From an uncultured Desulfobacteraceae bacterium (GTDB lineage Bacteria > Desulfobacterota > DSM-4660 > Desulfatiglandales > B25-G16), in NCBI GenBank assembly GCA_964611035.1, contig CAZSWT010000002.1, positions 7,437 through 71,436 of the forward strand: a stretch of 64,000 nt of DNA, written 5' to 3'. Made by a program: the position numbers and the translations under genes. Positions 1 through 9,307 of the stretch are shown one piece after another (the stretch's first letter is position 1; every line of letters begins with the position of its first letter). The notes under the pieces are model-generated. The model did not search any database and was not told the origin of the DNA. It was given only the letters and a program-made list of their open reading frames with translations.

Positions 1-1
1 T

Positions 2-187
2 GAAGTCCGGGGAATAAAGGACATACGGCTGAGATCATATGCCCAGGGAAGGGCAGAGATGGAGTTAGATTTTCAGGGTGATACCCAGTCGTTAGCCAAT
101 GACTTAGAAGGTCGAAATGTAGGTAGCAGGTCCATTACAATATCTGAAATAAGCCAGAACAGGCTGGAGATTGGGCTTTCACCATAA
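2..187 (+). CDS. 3' end of a CDS cut by the window edge (hypothetical protein)
   Basis: Frame is open from the window edge to TAA 185-187 (...RSYAQGRAEMELDFQGDTQSLANDLEGRNVGSRSITISEISQNRLEIGLSP*). No motif recognised. Same strand as the two envelope genes that follow. Confidence 0.3.
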   Translation, partial: EVRGIKDIRLRSYAQGRAEMELDFQGDTQSLANDLEGRNVGSRSITISEISQNRLEIGLSP

Positions 188-289
188 TTATGACGTTTTT
201 CAGAGTGCTAAAAAACCAATCAAGGATATAACCTATTCCTATTTACTGGTCATATACGAGAGGTGGTCTATTTTAAAGAGGAGGGGAAT

Positions 290-2275
290 ATGAAAAGAAA
301 AGGCTTGCTCGTAGCCGTTATTATATCCTTCATGTTTGTATTTGGATGTGTTGCAGGTCAGAAAAATTTTAACACTGGCCAGGAACTCAGTAAAAAGGGA
401 CGCTGGGGTGATGCGATAGGATTTTATGAGAATGCACTGAAAGAAAATCCGCAAAACAAGGAATATGCGCAGTCTTTAGCCAAGGCAAAAAAGGAATTGG
501 CGCTTGTTCATTACAGAAAGGCGAAAAAACTATTGGCAGATAACCCGGACTCTACCTTTCCAGAATTAGACAGGATTGTGAAGGAGGCAGAGCGTGCTCA
601 CGGTTTAGATCCACAGAATAGCACGATCACCACTCTGTTTAGTGATCTTGTGAAAAGAAAGGATGCTCTATTAGCAACTATCGCATCTCTGTACACTCAG
701 GCAAATTCCCATGTGGCCAACAAGGAGTGGATGGATGCTATAGAGAAATTAAGAAGAGTGAAAAAATTATTTCCAGGATACGAAGAAACACTGGATAAAT
801 TGGCCACGGCAGAAAAAAATGCTGCGCAAATAATTTATAAACAAGGGATAGAACTCAGCAAAAAAGAGGACTGGGGGATGGCGGTAACTGCCTTCAAAGC
901 GGTTATTGAAATCGATCCGGATTATTATGATATACAGCAGCTTTTTAAAACCGCTAAGGCCAATGATAGTGTCAATTATTTCATCAAAAAGGGAGATGAA
1001 GCAATAGGGGCAAGAAATTGGGATAGAGCGATCTTTCTTCATGAAAAGGCGCTGGAATACGAGCCAGACAATGAACAGCTTATAAAAAGAATTGACGCAT
1101 TAAAACGAAAAGGTGGCCAAGCCCATTTTGATAACGCAATGAAACTTTCTTCCCAAAGAAAGTTGAAAAGAGCGGTTGAGGAATTGCGTGTATCGTTACA
1201 ATATTCTCCTTCTCTTGTTGAGAGGCGTCTTTATAAAGATTTTATTCACAGCCTCTGTCAGAAACTTGATCAGAGGAGTGATGTGTATGTAGAACTAAAA
1301 AAGTGGGGCAATGCACTTGTATGGCTGAAGCAACTGGACAGCATTAATCCTGACTATAAGGGACTTTTTCGTAAATTACAGCTGGTAGAGGATAAGATTA
1401 AAAAAAGGATCAGGAAATCTATTGCGGTCTTTGACTTTTCGTATCCGATTGATAATAAGGATGCAGGCAGGATAATAGCCAGCAAGCTCGTCACCTTTTT
1501 ATCCAAAAATGCAAGTGGGGATTTGAAGATTATTGAGCGGGAAAACCTGCAATCTATCTTAAAAGAGATGCAGTTAGGTCAGACCGGGCTGGTCGATATA
1601 GATACCGCAAAAAGAGTAGGCAAGATGAGAGGGATAGATACGTTTATCCTGGGAGATGTGTTGCATTTCTCATCTAAGACTAAAAATTATCCAAGTACTA
1701 ACACTGTCAGGGTTCAGATAGATACCCGAACAGAGAGTAATCCGGCATTTGAGAGATGGCGGATCGTGCATACCAATCCCACTGAGGAGGAGATGAAAAC
1801 AGCTCCACCCATGAAAATAGAAAAACCAGTGTACCAGCTTTTCACCTATGAGACTGGGACCAGTAAAATAATGAGTTTTGTAGAGATAGCCTATAAATTA
1901 GTCGAGACTATGACCGGAGAGAACATTTTTGCCGATACTGTTTCCGGTAAACTTGGAAAACAAGATGACTATCATCATGGGCTTCCTGCAGCAAATATCA
2001 AAGAAGATCCATTAGAACTTCCCGCAGAGTTGGAGGTATTAGATACGCTGACGAACCAAAAGGTCTCAGAGGTGAGTTTAAGTATTTTAAAACACTTCCA
2101 GAGCCTGGAGTTAGTCTATTTCAATGAGGGAGAGAAACAATTAAAAAGGCGTAGATACGAAGATGCCATAGAGGGGTATACCGATGCTATCTATGATGAG
2201 CGCCTTAAGGGTATCGCAAGTCCAATATCTAAAAAATCCACTGAGATGATTGCCACACTGGCTCAGGATATGTAG
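290..2275 (+). CDS. TPR-repeat lipoprotein with C-terminal CsgG/LpoB-like periplasmic module
   Basis: ORF 263-2275; preferred start ATG 290 behind GAGGAGGGG. MKRKGLLVAVIISFMFVFGC is a lipoprotein signal with lipobox Cys. TPR-like repeats are present (GRWGDAIGFYENALKENPQN, EDWGMAVTAFKAVIEIDPDY, RNWDRAIFLHEKALEYEPDN). The module SIAVFDFS...IIERENLQSILKEMQL...VGKMRGIDTFILGDV (about nt 1421-1675) resembles CsgG/LpoB/TolB-N type domains. Confidence 0.6.
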   Translation: MKRKGLLVAVIISFMFVFGCVAGQKNFNTGQELSKKGRWGDAIGFYENALKENPQNKEYAQSLAKAKKELALVHYRKAKKLLADNPDSTFPELDRIVKEAERAHGLDPQNSTITTLFSDLVKRKDALLATIASLYTQANSHVANKEWMDAIEKLRRVKKLFPGYEETLDKLATAEKNAAQIIYKQGIELSKKEDWGMAVTAFKAVIEIDPDYYDIQQLFKTAKANDSVNYFIKKGDEAIGARNWDRAIFLHEKALEYEPDNEQLIKRIDALKRKGGQAHFDNAMKLSSQRKLKRAVEELRVSLQYSPSLVERRLYKDFIHSLCQKLDQRSDVYVELKKWGNALVWLKQLDSINPDYKGLFRKLQLVEDKIKKRIRKSIAVFDFSYPIDNKDAGRIIASKLVTFLSKNASGDLKIIERENLQSILKEMQLGQTGLVDIDTAKRVGKMRGIDTFILGDVLHFSSKTKNYPSTNTVRVQIDTRTESNPAFERWRIVHTNPTEEEMKTAPPMKIEKPVYQLFTYETGTSKIMSFVEIAYKLVETMTGENIFADTVSGKLGKQDDYHHGLPAANIKEDPLELPAELEVLDTLTNQKVSEVSLSILKHFQSLELVYFNEGEKQLKRRRYEDAIEGYTDAIYDERLKGIASPISKKSTEMIATLAQDM

Positions 2276-2321
2276 TGAGTGGATAGTAATTCATGTGTAC
2301 TTAATCTGTGTAGGCGAGGTG

Positions 2322-4607
2322 ATGAAAAAAAAATCATTTCCCTATTTTTTTTGGGCTTTTCTGTGTATCATACTTGCCCTTTATCCAAGGCCAGCGCATA
2401 CGTATACGGCAAAGATTGCTGTGTTCAACTTTAATGTGCTTAACTTAGATGCCAGGGGGTATGACGCAACTGTTACTAATACACTCATCGACTCTTTACA
2501 AAAAACATCATCTCTCAACATCCTTAATCGTAAAGAATTAGAGTCCTTTTTATACCTTAATGATCTTCAGCAGAACTGCGATCTTTCTAATGTCGTTACT
2601 ATCGGAAACAGGCTTGGTCTGGATATGATTGTTGCAGGTACTGTCAAAAAGAATGGCCTGGTAATCGAAATTTTTTGTAAGGTTGTAAACATAGCGGAGA
2701 AGTCCTTTGTATATACTAAAAAGGTGAGATCGTTTGGAGATTCAGGCTTACGGGAGGAAATTAGGCGGCTCAGCAGTAACATATCAAAGATTATTACCAT
2801 AAAAATGGGTGATGCAATAAAAGCATCCTCAACAACAGGCAGGTTAGCACATCCAGTAAAAATAGTCTGGAGGCCGGGGAGTTCAAAAATCGGTCTTTAC
2901 TGGGAAGGTGGTTCCGATTCAAAATCTCAAGGCTACAAAATCTTCCGCAGCCAATCAGAAGACGGCCCATTTGTAAAAATAGCACAGGTAACGAAAAACA
3001 ACTATGTTGATGAGGGCTTAGAGAAAAATACTGCATACTATTATAGAATTAAGGCATTCGATACAAAAGGTAAGGAGAGGGATTTCTCCGCAACTATCCG
3101 TGCTGAAACGGCAGTAACTCCAAATCCTCCTATTATTATCAACACCGAGCCTCACGTAAAGAGTATCGAGATACTATGGTCACCGAATCCAAGCAAGAGC
3201 CCTGATCCACACAAATTAATGGGATACAAGGTGTATAGGTCAAAGACAGAAGGGGGCCCTTATGCGGAGATAGCTAATCTGACGGAAAAAGATTTAGGCA
3301 GGGGGATTGATACCGCTGCCGATATAAAGTATCTGGATAGAAATCTGGCTGATGGAGAGCAACATTACTTCAAGGTAAGCGCCTACAATGAAAAAAACCT
3401 GGAAAGTGATCTCTCAAGTGGTATGAAGGGCAGCTGCCTGCCTGTAGTCAAGGGGGTTGTGGCCACAGGAGATATGATACGACAGCTCGAACTGAGGTGG
3501 ACTACCGCTACCTCGAAGCATGTAAAAGGCTATGTTATTTACAGGAGTATGTCACCTGAGGAAGGATTTTTAAAAATAACAAAAATTATTGGTCGTGAGA
3601 CTGATAGTTTTATCGATACCGAAGGCCTGGAAGATAAAACAACATATTACTACAGAGTTTCTCTTTTTGAAGATGATGAAAGAGTGGGGACCATGTCAGA
3701 TGTGGTGCCAGCTACAACAAAGGGACGTCCTCCAACACCAAGGAGACTGAAGGCAAAAAGTGGGTTGGCTAAAATGGTAAAGCTTCTGTGGAATATGTGT
3801 ACCGAAAAGGAGGTCAAAGGGTATAAATTGTATCGCTCAACCGCAAGGGAAGGGGAATATATTCCGATTAAAACGATAGATAACCAAAATAAGAACAAGT
3901 ACCTTGATAAGGGAACCAAGGGTATACTATTTTCTGTATTCAGTGGAGGTGGTTTCTTAAAGGACAACACCACCTATTATTATAAGGTGACATCCTATAA
4001 TAAGGTAGACATTGAAAGTAAGCCATCAGACATAATTTCCGCAACTACCAAACCGCGGCCTGCCAGACCTTCTGGATTCGGAGGGGAAAGCCTTCATGTG
4101 AAAGAAATACCCCTTTTCTGGCAGCCAAATCCAGAGGATGATATCGCAAAATATCATATCTTCAGGAGTTCAGGTGATGAAAAAGATTTTTCTGAAATAG
4201 CCTCAGTTGAAGGAAAGACATCTTATGTAGACAATAGGCTTGAAGATGGCTGTGAATATAGATATAAAATGACAGCCGAGGATAAGGATAGCCTCATAAG
4301 TGATTTTTCAGATACAATAACCAGCAAAACAAAACCTAAACCAAAGGCACCTACAGGGCTAAGTGCATACGTTGAACAAGACAAGACAGTTCTTACCTGG
4401 TCACAAAACACAGAGTCGGATATTACATCATACAATGTTTTTGAAAAAGGATTTTTAGGTCCACGAAAGGTAGACACGGTGAAAGAGCCGCAATGCAGTG
4501 TAGTTTCTCCTAAATCAGGAAAGAGTAGGGATTACACTGTAACAGCGGTTGATAAGGATGGCTTAGAAAGTAAGCCAAGTCAGTCTGTCACTGTAGTTGG
4601 AAAATAG
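2322..4607 (+). CDS. exported protein: N-terminal CsgG/LpoB-like module plus six fibronectin-type-III-like repeats
   Basis: ORF 2250-4607; start ATG 2322 behind GGCGAGG, with a hydrophobic signal MKKKSFPYFFWAFLCIILALYP. Module AKIAVFNFN...LNRKELESFL...IGNRLGLDMIVAGTV. Six repeats follow the FN3-like pattern GY(K/V/H)x(F/Y)RS...Yxxx(A/S)x(D/N), e.g. GYKIFRSQSEDGPF...AYYYRIKAFD, GYKVYRSKTEGGPY...HYFKVSAYN, GYKLYRSTAREGEY...TYYYKVTSYN. Confidence 0.6.
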   Translation: MKKKSFPYFFWAFLCIILALYPRPAHTYTAKIAVFNFNVLNLDARGYDATVTNTLIDSLQKTSSLNILNRKELESFLYLNDLQQNCDLSNVVTIGNRLGLDMIVAGTVKKNGLVIEIFCKVVNIAEKSFVYTKKVRSFGDSGLREEIRRLSSNISKIITIKMGDAIKASSTTGRLAHPVKIVWRPGSSKIGLYWEGGSDSKSQGYKIFRSQSEDGPFVKIAQVTKNNYVDEGLEKNTAYYYRIKAFDTKGKERDFSATIRAETAVTPNPPIIINTEPHVKSIEILWSPNPSKSPDPHKLMGYKVYRSKTEGGPYAEIANLTEKDLGRGIDTAADIKYLDRNLADGEQHYFKVSAYNEKNLESDLSSGMKGSCLPVVKGVVATGDMIRQLELRWTTATSKHVKGYVIYRSMSPEEGFLKITKIIGRETDSFIDTEGLEDKTTYYYRVSLFEDDERVGTMSDVVPATTKGRPPTPRRLKAKSGLAKMVKLLWNMCTEKEVKGYKLYRSTAREGEYIPIKTIDNQNKNKYLDKGTKGILFSVFSGGGFLKDNTTYYYKVTSYNKVDIESKPSDIISATTKPRPARPSGFGGESLHVKEIPLFWQPNPEDDIAKYHIFRSSGDEKDFSEIASVEGKTSYVDNRLEDGCEYRYKMTAEDKDSLISDFSDTITSKTKPKPKAPTGLSAYVEQDKTVLTWSQNTESDITSYNVFEKGFLGPRKVDTVKEPQCSVVSPKSGKSRDYTVTAVDKDGLESKPSQSVTVVGK

Positions 4608-4640
4608 CTTCAATGGACAATTATCAATTATCAATCATAA

Positions 4641-5195
4641 ATGATCAACGGACAACGGACAATACAGAAAAATATTTATTACTGGGAGTTTCAACGTAGC
4701 GGAGTTTCAGTACATGTTGCCTCTTCACATAGAGGCGCAGTCATGGTAAAGTTAGATTTTGCAAAGGAAAATAGTTTTATGACTGAGCTAATTTTCTCTG
4801 CGCCGAACGCTGAATTAATTGAAGATCGTACACATAATGAAGGCCTCATAGGAATTATCGAGGCATATTTTAAAGGAAATAATCCAGCAATTAATGTACC
4901 GTGGGACATCAATGTGACCCCCTTCATGTATAATGTCTACAGGAGTGCATGTACAATACCCTATGGTGAAACAAAAACATATAAAGATGTTGCATTCATG
5001 GCAGGTACCCCAAATGGGGCACGGGCTGTTGGACAGGCATTAAAGAAAAACCCCCTTGTCATTCTTATCCCGTGTCATAGGGTAGTTGCGGTGAATGGTT
5101 TAGGTGGTTTTAATTCAGGAATTGATATGAAACGATATTTATTCGCCCTTGAGCAGGGTGAAAAGAGTGTAGGGAGAATTAATTATGCAACCTAA
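4641..5195 (+). CDS. ogt: methylated-DNA--protein-cysteine methyltransferase
   Basis: Active-site motif IPCHRVV plus YGETKTYKDVA...GARAVGQALKKNP, typical of the MGMT/Ogt C-terminal domain. The first about 10 codons overlap a CAACGGACA word repeat. Confidence 0.85.
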   Translation: MINGQRTIQKNIYYWEFQRSGVSVHVASSHRGAVMVKLDFAKENSFMTELIFSAPNAELIEDRTHNEGLIGIIEAYFKGNNPAINVPWDINVTPFMYNVYRSACTIPYGETKTYKDVAFMAGTPNGARAVGQALKKNPLVILIPCHRVVAVNGLGGFNSGIDMKRYLFALEQGEKSVGRINYAT

Positions 5196-6279
5196 AACAG
5201 CGTATATTTTCCCTGGGCAGGGATCTCAATATTTAGGAATGGGACATGAGTTCTATGATAATTTCGAGATTGCTGCCTTTGTCTTTTACAGGGCAAACAG
5301 GTTACTGAATAGGGAGTTTGAAAAGATAATATTCGGCAAAATACCTGACAAATTTCGTGATAGAGTCAGTCATGTCGATGAGCTTGGCATTAAAAGAGGG
5401 CTTAAAACCCATTTAGATAAACAGGTTCAGATCGCTACCTACATTTCCTCGTGGGCAGCCTTTTCAGCCTTTCGAGAAAGATTGGAGGAAGAAAAACTAA
5501 GCCTCAAGCCGGCAGTCATGGCTGGGCATAGTTTTGGTGAATATACTGCACTTACTGCAGCAGAGGGTATGAATTACGATACCGGCCTGCAACTGGTTAA
5601 TCAACGTCAGAGTATCATGACCTCGTGTGCCAAAGCTATTGATGGTGGACTGGTAGCCATCATAAATAAGAATAGGGACATTACTCAGGAGGATGTTCGA
5701 AATATTACATACTACGCAGGAAGAGAAATCTTGCACATAGCCCTTTATAACTCACCCAAACAGAATGTCTTTGGGGGTACAAGTAAAAACATCGGTGCAG
5801 CAAAGCAGTTGCTCAAGGAATCAGAATTTAGAGCGATAGATTTGCCGGTTTTGGGTCCATGGCATACACCGCTTATGGTTGCTGCCAGTGAGAATTTAAA
5901 AAAGTATATCGAAGAAAAAGAGTTTTCTTTTAAAGAGTTTGAAACACCTATTATCGCAAATACCTTGACAGATGATGACATTGATCCAAAGATCATCACT
6001 CACCCTGATGAGATCAAAGAAGAGCTTATACATCAGCTGGATCATCCGGTTTTGTGGGCTCAGACCATTAAAAAAATCGTTGAAGAATATAAGATAACAC
6101 GAATCATTATCTTTGGGCCGGGCAAGATAACACAAAAGATAATAAATGATGAGTATCCTGATGTAAAGGTGTGTCGAATAGAGGATTTAGACACATTAGG
6201 AGAAACGATGTATGAGATAAAATATCCTGGGAGAAAAAAGGAAGAGCCCTCTGAGGATACACAACCTTTGGATGAATAA
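5185..6279 (+). CDS. fabD: FabD-like malonyl-CoA:ACP transacylase family acyltransferase (stand-alone paralog)
   Basis: AYIFPGQGSQYLGMG and the active-site GHSFGEYTAL motif. Overlaps the ogt stop by 11 nt. Longer than canonical FabD, with an insertion after the N-terminal motif and an acidic tail. Confidence 0.7.
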   Translation: MQPKTAYIFPGQGSQYLGMGHEFYDNFEIAAFVFYRANRLLNREFEKIIFGKIPDKFRDRVSHVDELGIKRGLKTHLDKQVQIATYISSWAAFSAFRERLEEEKLSLKPAVMAGHSFGEYTALTAAEGMNYDTGLQLVNQRQSIMTSCAKAIDGGLVAIINKNRDITQEDVRNITYYAGREILHIALYNSPKQNVFGGTSKNIGAAKQLLKESEFRAIDLPVLGPWHTPLMVAASENLKKYIEEKEFSFKEFETPIIANTLTDDDIDPKIITHPDEIKEELIHQLDHPVLWAQTIKKIVEEYKITRIIIFGPGKITQKIINDEYPDVKVCRIEDLDTLGETMYEIKYPGRKKEEPSEDTQPLDE

Positions 6280-6304
6280 ATCAACAAAGGTTTTTGCTGC
6301 CTGA

Positions 6305-6859
6305 CTACTTGTAAGGAATCTCGCTTACCCCCGCTTTCTTGTAGAAAAGCTGCTCGAGGGCAATTTCATAGTCACGCGATCCTATAATAAGGGATTTATT
6401 GCGGGAGAGCTGTTTCACTATTACTTCTTCAGTCCTTTCAAATTTTTCATTCACCTGATTGATAATACCGTCTATTAACGTATAAATTTCAAGGTCAGTT
6501 CCATATACTTCTATCACATTGGGATCATTGATCATTACTTCCAGGATGTATTGCGTTAAATACAGGGCATATGGATTTGGACGAGGGACAAGGGTTCGTA
6601 TAGGTGCAGTGAAATATTTAAAGTCAAACTCACTACTTTTATATGCCTTGTTAAGGCCCTGCATGATGAGATCAGAAACTGCTTGAGAATTTTCTGTCTC
6701 AATTATCTTGTTAAGGAGGATGGCTTGGGAAACCTTATTATGAATTTCTGATAGCTTAAATTTAAAAAACCGGTCTCTCCGAAAGGATTCCCTTTTTTCC
6801 TTGCGCTCTAATCGATTTATTAATTTGTCCTGGGTACTTCCACTATATCTATATTTCAT
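6305..6859 (-). CDS. hypothetical protein
   Basis: 184-codon ORF with coding-like composition, downstream of and co-oriented with the zinc-ribbon gene. No motif recognised. Confidence 0.5.
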   Translation of the reverse strand: MKYRYSGSTQDKLINRLERKEKRESFRRDRFFKFKLSEIHNKVSQAILLNKIIETENSQAVSDLIMQGLNKAYKSSEFDFKYFTAPIRTLVPRPNPYALYLTQYILEVMINDPNVIEVYGTDLEIYTLIDGIINQVNEKFERTEEVIVKQLSRNKSLIIGSRDYEIALEQLFYKKAGVSEIPYK

Positions 6860-6926
6860 TTTTTTATTACTGCGTAACGCCTTTCTTAAAAAAGGTTATG
6901 GTATGGTATATTGCTTACTCCAGGGC

Positions 6927-7220
6927 TCATGTGTCTGTAGGAGGTGCTTTTTTCGATACCTCTTTCGACGCATTTTTGGTGTCATCCCTTTTCGGTTTCT
7001 TTTCTTTATCTTCTTTTTTTGCTGGTCTATTTTTAGATGCCCCTGATGCGTAATCAGTTACATACCAACCTGACCCTTTGAGATGAAAGGTATTTTGTGA
7101 AATAATCTTTTTCATCGATCCACCGCATATCTCACATTCCCCTAAAGGTGAATCAGAGAATTTTTGCCACATCTCAGTTATGTGGCCACATTTACTACAT
7201 TTATATTCATAGATAGGCAT
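6927..7220 (-). CDS. FmdB-family zinc-ribbon putative regulatory protein
   Basis: MPIYEYKCSKCGHITE...GECEICGG is the CxxC...CxxC FmdB/CxxC_CxxC_SSSS signature. Lys-rich tail. Confidence 0.8.
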   Translation of the reverse strand: MPIYEYKCSKCGHITEMWQKFSDSPLGECEICGGSMKKIISQNTFHLKGSGWYVTDYASGASKNRPAKKEDKEKKPKRDDTKNASKEVSKKAPPTDT

Positions 7221-7246
7221 TATTTATTCTCCGTGTGTCATACTCA

Positions 7247-7786
7247 TCACACCATACAGATATCAATATTCATTTTATCAGGGTTATAAGAACCCAGAAT
7301 ATATGATAGGTTTGGTAGCGATAATTGTTGCAGGATTTCAAAGGTTGTGTGATTTACGATTTTTTCCTCTTCTATCCTGTTATTCTCCTCCGGAGTATCG
7401 AATCTCACTCGAAATTGACAGAACCGTACAATATGCACCAACTCATGGGTGAGTATATACGCCAAAAGGGGGAGAAGTTTAATGTTAGTGTCCCTTTGAA
7501 GGGCTTGCAAAATGTGGTGATCCTGCAAATAAATAAGGTAAAATTCATGTCGTTTATGAAGGGGCTCTATTTCTGCTTTGCCGTCTGAGATATATTTCTT
7601 CAATAGGGCAAAGACATTATCTTTAATTTCTTCGCCGAATAAAGAAGAAAGAGTTCTTATATCAAAGCGATTCCTTTTCCACTGTAAGAGCGATAATTTA
7701 AAATAGTTGCTCGTCATATCTTCAGCAATATCTAAGGCGTCCCCAACAACACTCAACTGATTTTTATTAAAATATTGCAGGGTCAT
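7247..7786 (-). CDS. hypothetical protein with HExxH motif
   Basis: 179-codon ORF containing LTHELVHIV, a possible zinc-metallopeptidase-like motif. No other similarity recognised. Confidence 0.45.
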   Translation of the reverse strand: MTLQYFNKNQLSVVGDALDIAEDMTSNYFKLSLLQWKRNRFDIRTLSSLFGEEIKDNVFALLKKYISDGKAEIEPLHKRHEFYLIYLQDHHILQALQRDTNIKLLPLLAYILTHELVHIVRFCQFRVRFDTPEENNRIEEEKIVNHTTFEILQQLSLPNLSYILGSYNPDKMNIDICMV

Positions 7787-7843
7787 AATACATATAAAAT
7801 AATTCGAAAAATGAATATGTCAATACTGTTTATAGAATCCATA

Positions 7844-7920
7844 TGGTGGCGGTGCAGGGACTCGAACCCCGGACACTACGGATATGAGCCGTATGCTCTA
7901 ACCACCTGAGCTACACCGCC
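7844..7920 (-). tRNA. tRNA with CAT anticodon (elongator Met type, or tRNA-Ile2 read after lysidine modification)
   Basis: The reverse complement GGCGGTG-TA-GCTC-AGGTGGTTA-GAGC-A-TACGG-CTCATAT-CCGTA-GTGTC-CGGGG-TTCGAGT-CCCTG-CACCGCC-ACCA folds as a canonical cloverleaf. G1-C72 is paired, so it is not an initiator. CCA is encoded. Confidence 0.9.
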
Positions 7921-8065
7921 ATGGTTGCTTATTATTGATAAAAATCCTTTTTTGTCAATCAAATAATACTACCCAATCCCTTTGATGTAGGTCATCAATG
8001 ATTGACAATAGCAGGAAGATACATTAAAGAAATAGAAAACGTTAAAGTTCTTACAAGGAGCGTAC

Positions 8066-8335
8066 ATGAAATGCCCATATTGTGATAAGGAGATTCCCGG
8101 TATGACGTGCCCTGCATGTCAAAAATCAATTCCTGAAGAGAGCAACTACTGCCTTTATTGCGGGGCAGACCTGCACAGTACTTCCATAGAAGAGGATGAT
8201 ACAACGAGTGCTGGAGATGTAAATAGTATTGATTTTGAGGATAGAATTCCCTGTTCAGATGGAAATTGCATTGGAATAATAATAGATGGAAAATGCAATA
8301 TTTGTGGAAAACGGTATAAGGGCAAAAAAAAGTAG
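8066..8335 (+). CDS. double zinc-ribbon domain protein
   Basis: CPYC...CPAC...CLYC plus C-terminal CSDGNC...CNIC cysteine pairs. Confidence 0.6.
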   Translation: MKCPYCDKEIPGMTCPACQKSIPEESNYCLYCGADLHSTSIEEDDTTSAGDVNSIDFEDRIPCSDGNCIGIIIDGKCNICGKRYKGKKK

Positions 8336-8363
8336 GCATTTTAGGCGGGAATTGGCTTATTAT

Positions 8364-8732
8364 ATGTATGAGTTACAGATAATTACGCAATTTGCAGCTG
8401 CGCATCAGTTGAGAAACTATAGGGGTAAATGCGAGAAGCTTCATGGGCATAATTGGCGGATAGAAGTTTTTGTTGAGGGAGAAAAACTCAATGATACTGG
8501 GCTATTGATAGATTTTAAAGAGGTCAAAGATGCTACACACAGAATCCTGGAAGAACTTGATCATTCATTCTTAAATGAGCTTTCCCAATTTAAAGATCAG
8601 AATCCCTCGTCAGAAAATATTGCTGCCTATATTTTTACGCGGTTAAGCAACGAGCTTAATGATACAAATATCAAGGTCAGTAAGGTTACAGCCTGGGAAT
8701 CAGACTCTGCAAGCAGCAGTTACATTGGCTAA
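8364..8732 (+). CDS. queD: 6-carboxy-5,6,7,8-tetrahydropterin synthase
   Basis: FAAAHQL...CEKLHGHNWRIEVFV...LIDFKEVK are typical QueD/PTPS motifs. ATG 8364 is preferred over the upstream ORF start at 8286, which overlaps the zinc-ribbon gene. Confidence 0.85.
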   Translation: MYELQIITQFAAAHQLRNYRGKCEKLHGHNWRIEVFVEGEKLNDTGLLIDFKEVKDATHRILEELDHSFLNELSQFKDQNPSSENIAAYIFTRLSNELNDTNIKVSKVTAWESDSASSSYIG

Positions 8733-8887
8733 TGATATATATTCAACTTGAATAATTTTTTTTAATAAAAATTCGTGCGCGATTCACATGCATGAATCCA
8801 CTGTACGCAAGGCTTTTCAATGAAAGCCATGAATGTATGATCTAGAACGCTGTTTCTCTTAAATAGTGCACGGTAAAAGGTTGATGT

Positions 8888-9226
8888 ATGAAAAACGATT
8901 TTACCGAAAAAAGATCAGAACCCCGAAGCATCATAGATCAATATCATAGTGTAGAATTTTCACTACATGACTGCGCGTTTACGTATCAATTCAAAATTTG
9001 GGATATATCATCAAAAGGAATATGTGTATTGGTAAAGGAAGATTCTAATTTATTGAATTATTTAAAGGTTGGCTCTGTATCGGAACTGAAATACTACACG
9101 AATAATGCCTTAAAACCTATTGAATACTTGAAAACAAAGATCAGGCATATCACGAAAGATGAAGAAGGAAGATTTAAAGGGCTTTATTTGGTTGGATTAT
9201 CTATTCTTGAACCCCCAAAACTCTAA
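8888..9226 (+). CDS. PilZ domain protein (putative c-di-GMP receptor)
   Basis: RSEPR (RxxxR) near the N-terminus and DISSKG (DxSxxG). Confidence 0.6.
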   Translation: MKNDFTEKRSEPRSIIDQYHSVEFSLHDCAFTYQFKIWDISSKGICVLVKEDSNLLNYLKVGSVSELKYYTNNALKPIEYLKTKIRHITKDEEGRFKGLYLVGLSILEPPKL

Positions 9227-9307
9227 TCAACAACGATTTATACCGACGGTTTTTCTCTCCTACCGGATATTTGCATAAAAGTTTGCTATTTTTTGGCGTT
9301 ATATGAT

